In this document: positions 1-11,272 of the stretch, piece after piece
Position numbering within the stretch: position 1 is the first letter of the stretch
Layout: each line of letters opens with the position of its first letter
Origin: Takakia lepidozioides
Lineage: Eukaryota; Plantae; Bryophyta
Reading direction: 5' to 3'
DNA length: 64,000 bases
NCBI GenBank assembly: GCA_030704615.1
Contig: CM060731.1
Coordinates: forward strand, 87,792,001-87,856,000
Program-made: the position numbers and the translations under genes
The notes under the pieces: generated by a model
What the model saw: only the letters and a program-made list of their open reading frames with translations
Databases searched by the model: none
Told to the model about the DNA's origin: nothing

Positions 1-991
1 CAAATTTTGAGAATGCTTCTGACCCTCCTTCCAAAGGGGGTGTCTTGGCATGGTGCCCAAAGGCAACATTTAGCCACCAAAATTCAGCATTGTTGACAAG
101 TTCAAACACACTGAATAGATTCCACAAGTTTTGATAAGCAGATCATTACCATAAAGAGTCCATATGGGAACATTACAGTGTCTTTTTGGTCCAGGATAAG
201 ACACGAGACAACAGCTGTGGATAGTGGGAAGACATTACCTGCTTCAGGAATGACAAAAACTGGAGACTGGATGTCTGGCTCCTTGGTAAGATGTGTCCCC
301 ACAACCTCTGTTTTCCCTGTATGCGAGTCAGATGTCTTCATTTTCAAGTCACTGTTCTTTAGGCGATCTTAACCCTACTTTTTATCCCTTCCACCGATTT
401 TCAAGTCATTGGTGGCTGCATGGCAGGAGTGCGGGCAAACAACCAAAAAAAACAAAGAAAATCTTCTTGTCTCTCCCCTTCTTCCTCCCTGCCTCCTCTC
501 TCAATGCCTCTCATTGTCTTGTTGCTTTCAGGGAAACGAAGCTGAAGTTGAAACAGAGTTGAAGCTCGGCAACTACCTTGTTGCGCGCAGGAGCGGGGTG
601 AAGTCGCAAGCACACTGCCCGATTTTTAGCGGTGACCGTGATTTAGCACCTGGGGAGGAGGTACTAAATGTCAGAGAAATCCTAACGGCTGCTAGGAGCC
701 CGCTAGCTAACGGGATCCGTAACTTGTAGGTGCGGCAGTCGCCTGGCAGCTAACGGCTGCTAACTAGCTTAGCATCCAAGTGCTGCCTTTTTTTTTCAGT
801 TCAGGCAGGCAGGCCGTAAACTGCCACCTTTAATTATTTACTGATGGAAGATTCTGGGCATGGTCCAAGCAGATGACACTCTGCCCGGTTTGCTGCCCGT
901 TCCATAGTGCATTATTTTTATTATTATTAATCTCAATAGTTCAAGAGAGAGGGTGCATGCAGATACTGATGCTCGTTGCCATTGTTTTCAG

Positions 992-2714
992 GAACAAAAA
1001 GTGGATCGAGCAAAGTTTTGGGCCACTGAAGATGGTGGCATAGTTGGCAAAAGCACTGGAATCAAAAGACTGGATTATAAAAAATGTTGAAGTTGAAGCA
1101 AGTCTTGTAAAGCAGGTTGCCGGTGCCACAAACGACAAGGCTAGAGATGGTAAGGACACTCTGCTCTCTAATTGTCTTTTGAAGAAATTTATATGGGCTA
1201 CATTCTGCACCTTGATCAATATGAAACAATGCCTATGTGGGCTTAACTACCCCAAGAGTTTACTCGTGAAAGGAGTTTTGACTGTCAAGGAAGTTGAAAC
1301 CGATGTTATTATTTTGAAGCCTTTGCGAATTGGTCATGGGGAAGAATCACACAACAGTCCTAGGACGAGCCATTTTCACAGAAGGTTTAGAGTCAGCGGC
1401 AGAATGAATGCCATGGATTTGAGCTGAGGTAGTAAGTAACCTTGCTGTGGATGCTGTGGTCACACACTTGAAGGGTCGGGCAAAAATGATCAGCACGTCT
1501 CAGGAAATTACCCAGGCAAGCACTTCCTTTGTTCCATCACCAGCTTTTCCTCCTGCAATTGGCATTACAGAGTTTCCTCTCTGGTAATTCACGGACCCCT
1601 TTCTCTCTTCCTCCTTCTCTTCTCTGTATTTTTCTTCTTCTTTTTCTTCTTTGTTCTTATCCGGCCACCATGTGTTTACTTTTTCGGTCTTCTTCGGAGT
1701 GTTTCCTTGCTCTTTTGTTTTAGTGATAGCCAACAACATGGCGGTTTTCCCATTACTTCTGGAAATGTTACAGAAACTCAGGATGTTGGGGGAGCGGATA
1801 TGTCGTGAGAGCGAGCGGCTGGTTCGGGTTAGGCTCGGGTCCGGGAATATTCCGAGAATATTTTCTGGAGTATCCCAATAATACCAACAAAGAATATTCG
1901 AATATACCAGAAATATCTTATGAATATTTCAAAAATATGACAAGAATATCCTAAGAATAACATACCTAGAATATATCAAGAATATTCGAATATGCCAAGA
2001 ATACCTTTTCTGGCATTGAGTGTTTGGGTGCATGTTGAAAATTTCTGTGGCAAATCGATAGTTCTGCTACGAGCTTCGGGTTGTCTTTGTTTTTCTTTTT
2101 ATTGCTGTTTGTTTCTAGTTTTTCCTTCTGAAAATCCCTTTAACCAAAGATCAGATCTTCTTAGTACTTCTTTTTTGGTTACCTTCCATTGTAAGTATGG
2201 AGTTATCTCGATATTGATGAGGATAATAGTCTCTCTAACTGTTTGTTGGAGGTTGGTTGCCGCTATAATCTGTACATTGATTTAGAATGGTCACATGAAT
2301 TGCAGGTTGGTACAAAATCTGCATATGGGGACCATGAAATTGGAGAATTGATTTGGCTGTATTATAAGAGTCAGCAAGGAGGGTGTCATCACTGTCTCAA
2401 TAAGTTTTTTTTTTCATTTTACTATCTGTTTCCTGTACCAAGAATACTGTCACTGTGGGTGGTAATTTTACTGATGAATTACTATTCAGGAATTAAAGGA
2501 GTGCCCCTGAAAAGGGGCAGTAGCCGCAAGGCGACGTGGCTCTTAGCTATGACGCCTTTGGCCGGAGTCTTCTCTCTTCTCTCTCTCTGAATGACTCAAG
2601 TTGATGTATGCATGTAGGATGGCAAGACATGAATTGGAGGTTGTTCAAGGCATGAAGCTGGACAGGTGTTACATCTCCCCTTATTTGATCACCAATCCTA
2701 AGACTCAAAAAGTG
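992..2714 (+). pseudogene. CPN60: Degenerate intron-containing mitochondrial chaperonin-60 (HSP60/Cpn60), N-terminal exons only
   Basis: Exon-like blocks at about 992-1149 (IEQSFG...AKALESKD..KNV..ASLVKQVAGATNDKARDG, then GTAAG), 1390-1514 (RMNAMDL..AVDAVVTHLKGRAKMISTSQEITQ), 2305-2398 (VGTKSAYGDHEIGELI..KEGVITV) and 2618-2714 (ELEVVQGMKLDRCYISPYLITNPKTQK). These match plant Cpn60 in order but carry stops and frameshifts. No C-terminal half was found. Confidence 0.85.
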
Positions 2715-3327
2715 ATAGGCAAGCTGACTTGTTTCTTCACGCGTGTCAGATACTACCTCAGATTTTTGCCGCCAGAGGTGTCTTCGAAATGTTTTCAATG
2801 ACAGTGTCTGGGTTAAGAATATGCTTGACCGATACATCACCATTTTAATTTTAGTCTCAGTGGTGCTAACAACTGTGCTTTTTGAGGAATTTGGTGGTTG
2901 GTGATGCTTCAATGTTATTGACACAACACATATGTATTGTGGGGAAGTGTGGGTGCAGATTCACCCAAGAGGGCCGGAGCTCTAGATTAACCATGAAGCT
3001 ATAAGAAACCTGCATGGGTAGATTGTCAACTGGCAGCAGCGGCACAATTGATAAAATCAGACACTGCTAATGAATGCATCTTCTTCAGCACATTTCACCC
3101 TGTTTTTCCCTCTTATCAGAATCGGCCGTAAATTTCCATGTTGAATTTTGCAAGTTAGCTGGTTGAGTGAATCTAGTTTGGAGTGACTTTGACATGATAC
3201 TGCCAATGTGACAACATGAAAATATCAGAAAACAAGTAACAGGGATGAGGAGAAACTGTGGAATGAATATTTTTCTGACCGTCAAGATGGGACAACCGAG
3301 GCCAAAAAGTGAATATCTGTTACATTT

Positions 3328-3400
3328 CAGAGAGTAGCAAACGCAATTCAGCATAGGAACTAGTGTGATAAGCTGAGTTGGGTGTTTCCTAGAACAAATC
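3328..3400 (+). repeat. Short dispersed repeat (~75 bp); a second copy lies inverted at ~44433-44507
   Basis: cagagagtagc..gcaatt.agcataggaactagtgtgataag.tgagttgggtgtttcctagaacaa is near-identical to the reverse complement of 44433-44507, inside intron 1 of the J-protein gene. Confidence 0.8.
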
Positions 3401-4318
3401 TAGGCTATCATTGTCAGCTCCTAGCAGCAACGCAAGGATGAATGCATGATTTGTGTAGAGGCATGGATAGCTGAAGGAGCAGAGATAGAGTGTGGGTCCA
3501 GATTCATCCAAGAGTCAGATTTCAAGCACAAGATTATATGATTCCTTGTGGATCAATAGCTACAAGAAACCTGCATGGGTAGGTGGTCTATTCCGTGGGA
3601 CTCAATCTGTCACTGAAGTCTTGCATTATGAGGATCACAATTGCTTGGCAGGTTACCTGCACGAGGCCTTGACCCTTAGGCAATCCCCAGAGCAATAGTA
3701 GCTTTTGGGCTGTTGTTTTACTTTGGTTATTTCATTTTGTCCCATAAGCTCTTTGAGCTTTCCGCAGATGTAATAAAGTATCATTTTGTTTCATTTTGTT
3801 TCATGGCATGTCTTTCATCATTTCCATATTTCTAATGACATGATTAGTTCTCTTGTATGGCATTACATGTGTATGTACTAGTCGGCTCACTACAAACATC
3901 AAAACTTCAAAGCATGAACCACTATGAATGATTGTTCAAGTAATTTCGAGCATTTATTTAAAGTAGTAAAGCAGTGGTAACGCCGACTTCCGCAGTCGAA
4001 GTTGCCATTGGGCATGTAGCACTGCAAGTTATGTGGTCGACTACCACCCCGTGAATTGGAAAAAGCAAGGGTGTCAAGGAAAGCAGAAGAGGTGATGATA
4101 GTGGTGCTCAAGTGTTGGGAACGAGCAGCATCCACAAGAAGGAGTTAGTGGCGTATTTTTGGTGTTTGTCCTCATGTTCCAAGAGGCTTCGCCGATTTGG
4201 ACAGGAGTATCCCTGCCCATACTGCGACTGGTGCATTCCAGTCCCTGATGCGACGGGTGGAGTCCGAGAATTGCTATCCTCATGAGAGCTTGAGATGTAT
4301 AAGGCCGATTTTTGCTTT

Positions 4319-6140
4319 TCACCAATGTAGGACTTGAGCAGTGTCCCTACGAATGGCTGCAGGCAAATCCGGCTCTCGGCCAAAGAGAAGGAAATATGGT
4401 GAGAAGGAGGCAAGTGATGCTTGTTTGCTGAACCTGTAGCCCATGGCTAACCAAGGAACCTGAAGATCCCAATCTCCTAGGTGTCCCTTCTGCAAGCCAT
4501 ACTTGCGCAAACCCCTCTTCACCGTCTGAACAACTCTCTCTGCTAAGCCATCGGCCTCAGGATGATCCCGAGAAGTGGTGCGGTGGTCTATCAAGGCTTT
4601 ATCACACAAAGCCTGAAACTCCCCCAAGAACTCTCTCCCTTGGTCCGTGAGTACCTCATCTGGAGCACCAAATCGGCTAAACACACGATCCAAGAATGCA
4701 TACGCAGCCCCCTCACTAGCCTTGTCAGGCAATGGAACCAACTCAATCCACTTGGAGAAGTGCTCCACCATCACCAACACATATCTGTGGTGGCGCATAG
4801 TCAGTGGCAACGGTCCTGCAAAGTCAAGACTCCACCTGTAGCCCAATCCCATGATAGGTAAAGGATGCAACTGTGGTGTAGGGGCGTTGAATGAAGCACG
4901 CACCCTGTCACACACCATGCACCTAGCCACAAACTGTTGCACCTCTGTATGCATACCACGCCACCAATACTGCCCCTGCAGTAAACTGTGAGTGCGTCGC
5001 ACTCCAAAATGCCCCAACTCCTCATGGGCATGCCGCACTAACCGTGCACGCTGTGTGGGGTGAGGCACAATCCTCACCCGACCATCTCCCACACTCGAAG
5101 TAGGTGTATCCCCTCCCACTTGAACCTCTTGGCTCGTTGCAGGATCCGATCCCTCTCCCTGGCAGTCACAATGGCTGCCGTGTCTCCCGTGCGGAGGTAG
5201 TCCAACACAGCCGAATCCTCATGTATATCTCTGGCACCACCTAGCTCATCACTAGCCTCAGGGTCCTCAGACACTCCGTCTACAGTCATCCCTGTTGTAG
5301 GTCCAATCTGACCTCCCGATGCCAAGATACACAAAAATGCAGATGCGTGCCATCCCGGCACCATCTCCTTGTCCGTCTCACCATGCCACCGAGCTCCAGT
5401 GTCATCCTGCTGGCTCATGCATGGATTGCGACTCAATCCATCCGCATCCCGATTGACCAAACCCGGTCGATGCACAACCTGAAAGTCATACTCCTGGAGT
5501 ATAAGTGCCCACCGTGCAAGCTTCCCTGTAAGCTTGTCTGACTCCATCAACCACTTGAGTGGCTGGTGATCCTGCTCAGTCAATGACAAGGCATCATCCT
5601 GCCCCATCATCTCATCCTTGAGGACCTCCGCAACTCGAGAAGAATCCCCACCCTCATCCATCACAGCCGCCTTGGCTGCCAACTCCCTCTGAACCTCGAG
5701 CACCTCCCACGTGTGCCATGGATGCATGCACCCCGTGGTCCTCATATGCTCGCCCCCACTCATTGCCTGTACCGTCTCGGTAGGCAGAGAGACCATTGAG
5801 GGAAGTGTATTCCGCACTCTGCGTTGCTCAGCTAGAGCCAAGCTGATAATCCAGGTCAAGCAATTGAGATCCATTGCTTGCCCCAACACTTGACGACGTG
5901 ATGCCTCAGAAAGAGACGACACCGCCATGGTACCAGTGGTAAAACCCATTGCCCGCTCACGCTCGTCAGCATTAGGCTCCACTAACTGCTGCAACTGAGC
6001 ATCCCACAGGAGGCCAGGTCCACTATCCCGGAAAGCATGCGATCCTGGGAAGCTGAGCAGTGTAGGTAATGCTGCTCGTGGTTGACCCACCTTGTTGACC
6101 ACTGCCAAAGGCGAACGGTCATCGTGTCTCACACGTTGAG
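4319..6140 (-). mobile_element. Internally deleted fragment (copy A1) of the DNMT-carrying gypsy family: DNMT C-terminus, RNase H tail, integrase
   Basis: Translations (QRVRHDDRSPLAVVN...PNADERERAMGF...QVLGQAMDLNC; DHQPLKWLMESDKLTGKLARW; HEELGHFG...CMVC, WSLDF, TDQG, ERVVQT) are clearly homologous to 20377-24100. RT is missing and the integrase C-terminus is truncated. Confidence 0.9.
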
Positions 6141-7293
6141 CATTCAGCTTCTTATAGTTCACACATACTCTTAGTTTGCCATTCTTCTTGGGAACTATAA
6201 CAATGGGTGACAACCAAGTTGTATACTCTATTGGGTATATAAACTTAGCCTCAGCCAACTTCTTTATCTCTTCTCCAACCTTCTGTGCGTAGTTGGGATT
6301 CATTCTATACCTCGCCTGCTTGATTGGTACTGACCCTGGTTCCAGTTCAATTTTATGCTGACAGACTTCAGGTGGTATCCCTTTTAGATCCTCATAGCTC
6401 CAAGCAAATACATCTCTGTATTTGATGAACAAGCTTTTTGCTTCTTCGAAGAATTCCGGCTCCAAATCAGCTCCTACTTTCACCATCCTCGGTTCCTCCT
6501 GAGTTCCCACATTTACTTCTCTCACCTGCTCATCAGCTGTGATTGTCCAACCTGTCACCACTTCATCCTGTAAGCTCACAGTGGCTGGTTCTTCTAGGAT
6601 TTCTATTTCTCCTTCTCTTTCTTCATAGAAATGTGATGGGTAAATGCTGGTTTCTTCTTCAGTTGGTGTTGCTGTCACTACACCACAGCAGATACCTCTC
6701 AAACAACTTAGGCTTTCCAGCCGCATCTCTGCAACCTGCTCCCATTCTGGGTGTGCAGCAAATAGGGTAGCTTCCTGCTCCTCATCCAGTCCTCCCTTCC
6801 AGTCATACTCTCTGACTCCTCGAGGTCTTCTTGTAGCAGGTAATCTACTAGATTTCATTGTGGTAATTTGTATCTCGTGCATCCCATTATGCACAGTTAG
6901 TAACTGAGAATTCCAGTCATGGAATACCCTTGCCTGTTTCAGCCACGGACGTCCCAATAATAAGGAGTAAGCCTCCATGACTTCATCCATTTTTAATACA
7001 GTTACTGTGATCATAAAGATCATTTTCTGTATCTGTATCTTAACTCCTCTTATTAATCCCAATGGCTGTACACTTCTTTGATCTGCCATTGTTACTGTAA
7101 ATGGGGCTGGTTTCATGTTACTTAGACCAAGCTTCTTCCTTAATTGGTCTGTCATGATATTTACTCCAGAACCACCATCTATCAGTACATCAGTTAGTTC
7201 TGTGCTTCCAATTCTCAATTGGATTACTGGCATAGAATCATCAAAGTCCATGACTGGTTCTCGCCCTTCCGGCTTCACATTATAACTGGTCAC
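6141..7293 (-). pseudogene. Family B pol fragment: aspartic protease and RT N-terminus
   Basis: N-terminal part of ORF 5074..7293. Contains the DGGSG protease motif. The RT segment is nearly identical in protein sequence to 58240-58525. Confidence 0.88.
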
Positions 7294-7443
7294 ATTGCTG
7301 TTCAGGTCTGTGTTTCCTGTCTCTTGGGCAATTCGATTGATTGCCTGATACAGCCTGTGCCTACAATAAGGTGCCCAGCTAATAGCTGTCCAATGGTAAT
7401 TTCTGCTTTAGTCTGACATATTACTTCAGCCAAAGTCTCTTCA

Positions 7444-9731
7444 TTACTTTGCATGTCTGCATCTTTTTTTCCTTTCTTCCTCACTCCCCTCTTTTTCTCC
7501 ATCCGAATCAGAGGAATCTGCCACAGGAATATCCGTACTCTTTTGCATTTCCCTTATAGTATCTGCCACTTCCTTGTGCAGTTCCTTCTCATCCTTCCAA
7601 GTCTCTTCATCTTCAGGCATATCATTGCCACTTCCAGTCTCATCTTCTTCCTCTTCTACTAGAGGTATTAGTTTGGCTTTACTTCTTGTTACTATCATTG
7701 TACTTACTTCTGGTACAACACATGGCCTAACCATGTGAGCTGCCACCACTGGGCCCTCATTCACAGGAGCTCTCATCTCATTCTGGTGTCTTATCCAGAA
7801 TGAACAGGCTGCCTTGCGATGTCCTGGCTGATTACAATAGTAACATAGCTCTTCACCATTGGGTCCTCGCCCTTGGTCTGGTCTTGGATTATTTTCTATA
7901 ATCCTGATTCCCGGGCTGGTAATTCCCCCTTGGATTACCCTGATAGTTGCCTCTGGAATTTCCTTGGTAATTCCCTCTTCCCTTCCATGCCATTGTTATA
8001 ACCACCAGACCTACCATAGTGGTCATGATCATTGCTTCTTCTTGGCTGGGGCTGCACCTGATGCCCTCACTTGCCTAGGTTCTCTTGCAGCTGTCCTTTC
8101 TGTTGTAGTAACAATTCTCAGTAGAATGGTTATCCATTTTACAGATAGTACAGTGTTTCTCCTTCATGTGGCATTCTGTAGTGGTATGGCCTTCATTCTG
8201 GCACTTTGCACACCATACACCCTTCCTCCAATGTGTTGCAGCCTCTGTGGCATACTTCTTCAAGATTTCTTCCAATCTTTTCTCATAGTTATCCCTCTTC
8301 AACTTTTCCTTTCTCTTACTCTTTCTTTTTAGTTCTTGCTCTTCTTCTTCATCTGACTCATCTTCAGAGTCCCCATCTTCCTTTTTCTCTCTCCTGAGCA
8401 TTCCCAATTGCTCAATTCTGTTTGCAGTTTCAAATGCCTCCTCCACTGTATTATGGGGTAACATATCCACTTTCTTCTGCAACTCTGGTCTTAGTCCACT
8501 CACAAACCAAGTCTTCTGTAAACCGGGTGCTGGTACTGCAGCCAGCTTTTTCATCATCAATTCCATCTTCTCCATATACTCTTCAACAGTTTCATGCTTC
8601 TTCTGCTTCAGCTGTTGTAAACTTCCATACACTTTCATCCTCAGTTTTACTTGTCCTGAACCTATTTCGAAATGTTGTATTCAAGCCATTCCAGGTTAGG
8701 AAATGATTATCAGGGAATCTTGCATACCATTCACTTGCTTTCTTGATAAGTGAACAAGGAAACAGTCTCATCTTGGCATCATCGCCATTCTCATTGTTCA
8801 CTATACACATGTGCTCAAATTGGCTAATGTGTACATCGGGATCCCCTTTTCCTGAATATATTGGAAAGGGTGGTTTTGCCCGTGTTGGTTGTAACGCCAT
8901 CTGTGGCCCTACTTTCTGCCCACTGACAGGTGCTGGCACCCTTGCTGGTGCTGGTCCTTCTGGACCTGTTGTTTTTGTGGTGGATCTTCCACCAAGTGGT
9001 GGCCCTTGAGCACTCCCTGCTTCTGGCCCCACGATATTCACAGTATTCCCAGCTTCAGTTGCACTACTTCCCACACTCCCTGTCCCCCCAGAGCCAGATC
9101 CAGGCAGCCCGCCTGATCCCCCTGAGCCGACACCTTCGTTGGCCTGTGATCCAAGTGCTCCACTTGATCCAGGTCCAACGGGTTGGGATGTCCTGGTTGT
9201 AGTCTCAACCTCAGCTGTTGGGTCTACTTCTTCATATTCTTCCTCTTCCAATTTCTTCTCTCTGTTTTCATCCTCCAAGTTCTGCCCTTGGGTTTCTTCT
9301 TCACTCATGTAACTCAACTGTAATGGTGTTGGAGAGTCTGAACTCTCCGTTGGCTCTGCCACATCCTCATCTCCTTCTTCATCTTCTGCTTCAGAAACTG
9401 GAGTTCCTGCTTTTGGTGTTCCATGCCAACTCTTATCAAAGATTTCTGTCAAGTCTTTTATCCAAGGATGTACCTCAGATCTTTCACCTCGTGATTGATC
9501 TTCTTCCTGTACCAATTCCCTTAATCTTTCTTGCAAAGAAACAGAAGGAGTGGCATCCAACTCTAGTTCTTCCGGTATAGGTGATGCACTTTTTGATCTT
9601 GATGGTGTGAGAGGTCCAGATGATTCCCCTATGTCTATTCCTCTCTCCCAAAGATATGGATAATTAGCTTTCAGATAGCTTTCTCTTTTTGATGAATATC
9701 TTTGTCGTCTAGCTTCTCTTTCATCACTCAT
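7444..9731 (-). pseudogene. Family B gag, frameshifted, with three CCHC-type zinc knuckles
   Basis: ORFs 8592..9731, 8075..8638 and 7444..7776. Knuckles CAKCQNEGHTTTEC, CTICKMDNHSTENC and a degenerate CYYCNQPGH near 7820-7845. Confidence 0.85.
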
Positions 9732-10319
9732 GTCCCATGTCTTTCATTTCTTTTAATGTGGCAATAACCAAAACTCTCTTCTGTAATATCTCTCGTATAT
9801 GCCTGGATTTCTTTCAAGCTTCAATGCACCCTTGGCTATACTTGAAGTCTCCGTTACCATATAACCATATGGCAAACAAGTCTGAAAAGCTGTTCTTGGT
9901 GTGAGTTTGATCCACAAAATATCCTTTGGAATCCAATTCTTTACCAGTACAAGCTCTTCATGCATATGAGTATAAACATTCACCTTTCTTTCTTCCCACC
10001 TTCAAACTCTACTCGTTTAATGGATAGCAACGCTATCACATAAACTAATGTTGGTAACCAACGTGCTCTTCCTCTACAGGCTACCTGATAAATCTTTATC
10101 ACTCCTTTCTCCAGACCCCATTCTGGATCAGCATCATGCACTCGTTTAAGAATATTTTCTTTACATCCGTCTGGCAATTCCAAGAACCTTTGAAAGAATT
10201 GTTTGGACAATCTTTCTTCCTTCGTTCCACAGGGAATTTGATTCACTTCAAACTCTTTAATGGTCCAACCACCATGATCCCACCAGATGCCTGTCACATC
10301 TGGTTGTTCATGTCCCAGG

Positions 10320-10337
10320 TCCCCAGTATGGTCGCCA
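10320..10337 (-). promoter_or_regulatory. Primer binding site of B1 (TGGCGACCATACTGGGGA; probably tRNA-Arg type)
   Basis: Starts with TGG 2 nt after the LTR-terminal CA (...GCGCGACA-TT-TGGCGACC). The tRNA identity is inferred from its similarity to Tat/Ogre-type PBSs. Confidence 0.75.
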
Positions 10338-10339
10338 AA

Positions 10340-11272
10340 TGTCGCGCGGCTTTTACTCACCCATCCCTTCGCTATCCGAGGCGGAAACTCCAAGATAGAA
10401 GAGTTGGAAATCTCTAAGTACTCAGCCCGCGCAGAACAATCAGTCATGACCTACAGCTAGTGTATCATGGGGGTGTTTCCTATTTGTTTCCTTTTCCGCA
10501 TTCATCTTAGCTACCTTACCATTGATAATTAAGTATCAGTTTGCTTCATCAATTTATCGGTTTCCTTAACTCCTCCATTCAATCCACAGCTTCACTCAGA
10601 TCTCTCTACACAGTGTGATTGTATCGTATAAGTATCAGATTATGATTTATCAGGTATCAGGCCGAAGCCATTATGTCTCTAATCTCTCTCTACAATATCA
10701 TTCTAGCTTTGCATATGACAAGCATCTACTAATCCTCTTTCTCCTTCATCGTGCTCTCCGATCTCCGCTCCCGCCTGTCTCCGAAGTCCTCCCCGAATAA
10801 TGATCCCCTTCCTATTCCCCGTTCTTCCCTTTATCCTCCTATCCGCGGTTCTAACCGTTTCCCTCTCTAACCGTCGTATGTGAACTAACATGTTCCCTTC
10901 ACTGGTGTTGTTCCCCACAGTCGTTCCCTGTCCTACTCTTCGTTCCCTATTATCGTGACAGCTGTGTCAAGCGGTGACTGGCTGTGTTTGGCTGTGTCGG
11001 GTTGTGACTGGCTGTGTGGCTGTGCCGGGCTGTGACTGGCTGTTGTGGCTGTGGACTGTGACGACTGTGACGGCTGTGTGGGCTGTGACGACTGTGACGG
11101 GCTGTGTGGCTGTGTGGGCTGTGTGACTGCTGTGTCGGTGTGGGCTATGTAACCCCCCTCTACAGTGCGCTGCTGTCACCCCTAAGGTTCCTGTTTGTCT
11201 CAGTCTGTGCAAAAATTAAGGGTACCCTACAGATCCCGTATAAGTGTCTAAGTCCCCTACAGTCCTCTAACA
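10340..11272 (-). repeat. 5' LTR of B1 (~933 bp, TGTTAGAGG...GCGCGACA)
   Basis: TG...CA ends. Homologous end to end to 53570-54504 on the opposite strand. Contains a TGTGAC/GGCTG microsatellite-like tract at ~10960-11150. Confidence 0.88.

Larger units (their letters stand above)
6141..11272 (-). mobile_element. 5' half of a non-chromovirus Ty3/gypsy element (family B, copy B1; Athila/Tat-like): 5' LTR, PBS, upstream ORF, gag, protease, RT N-terminus
   Basis: LTR 11272-10340, PBS, gag (PIYSGKGDPDVHISQFE...MRLFPCSL...EWY), CCHC knuckles, protease VLIDGGSG and RT start (YRDVFAWSYEDLKGI...WLSPIVIVPKKNGKLRVCVNYKKLN). Truncated at 6141. Confidence 0.9.
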
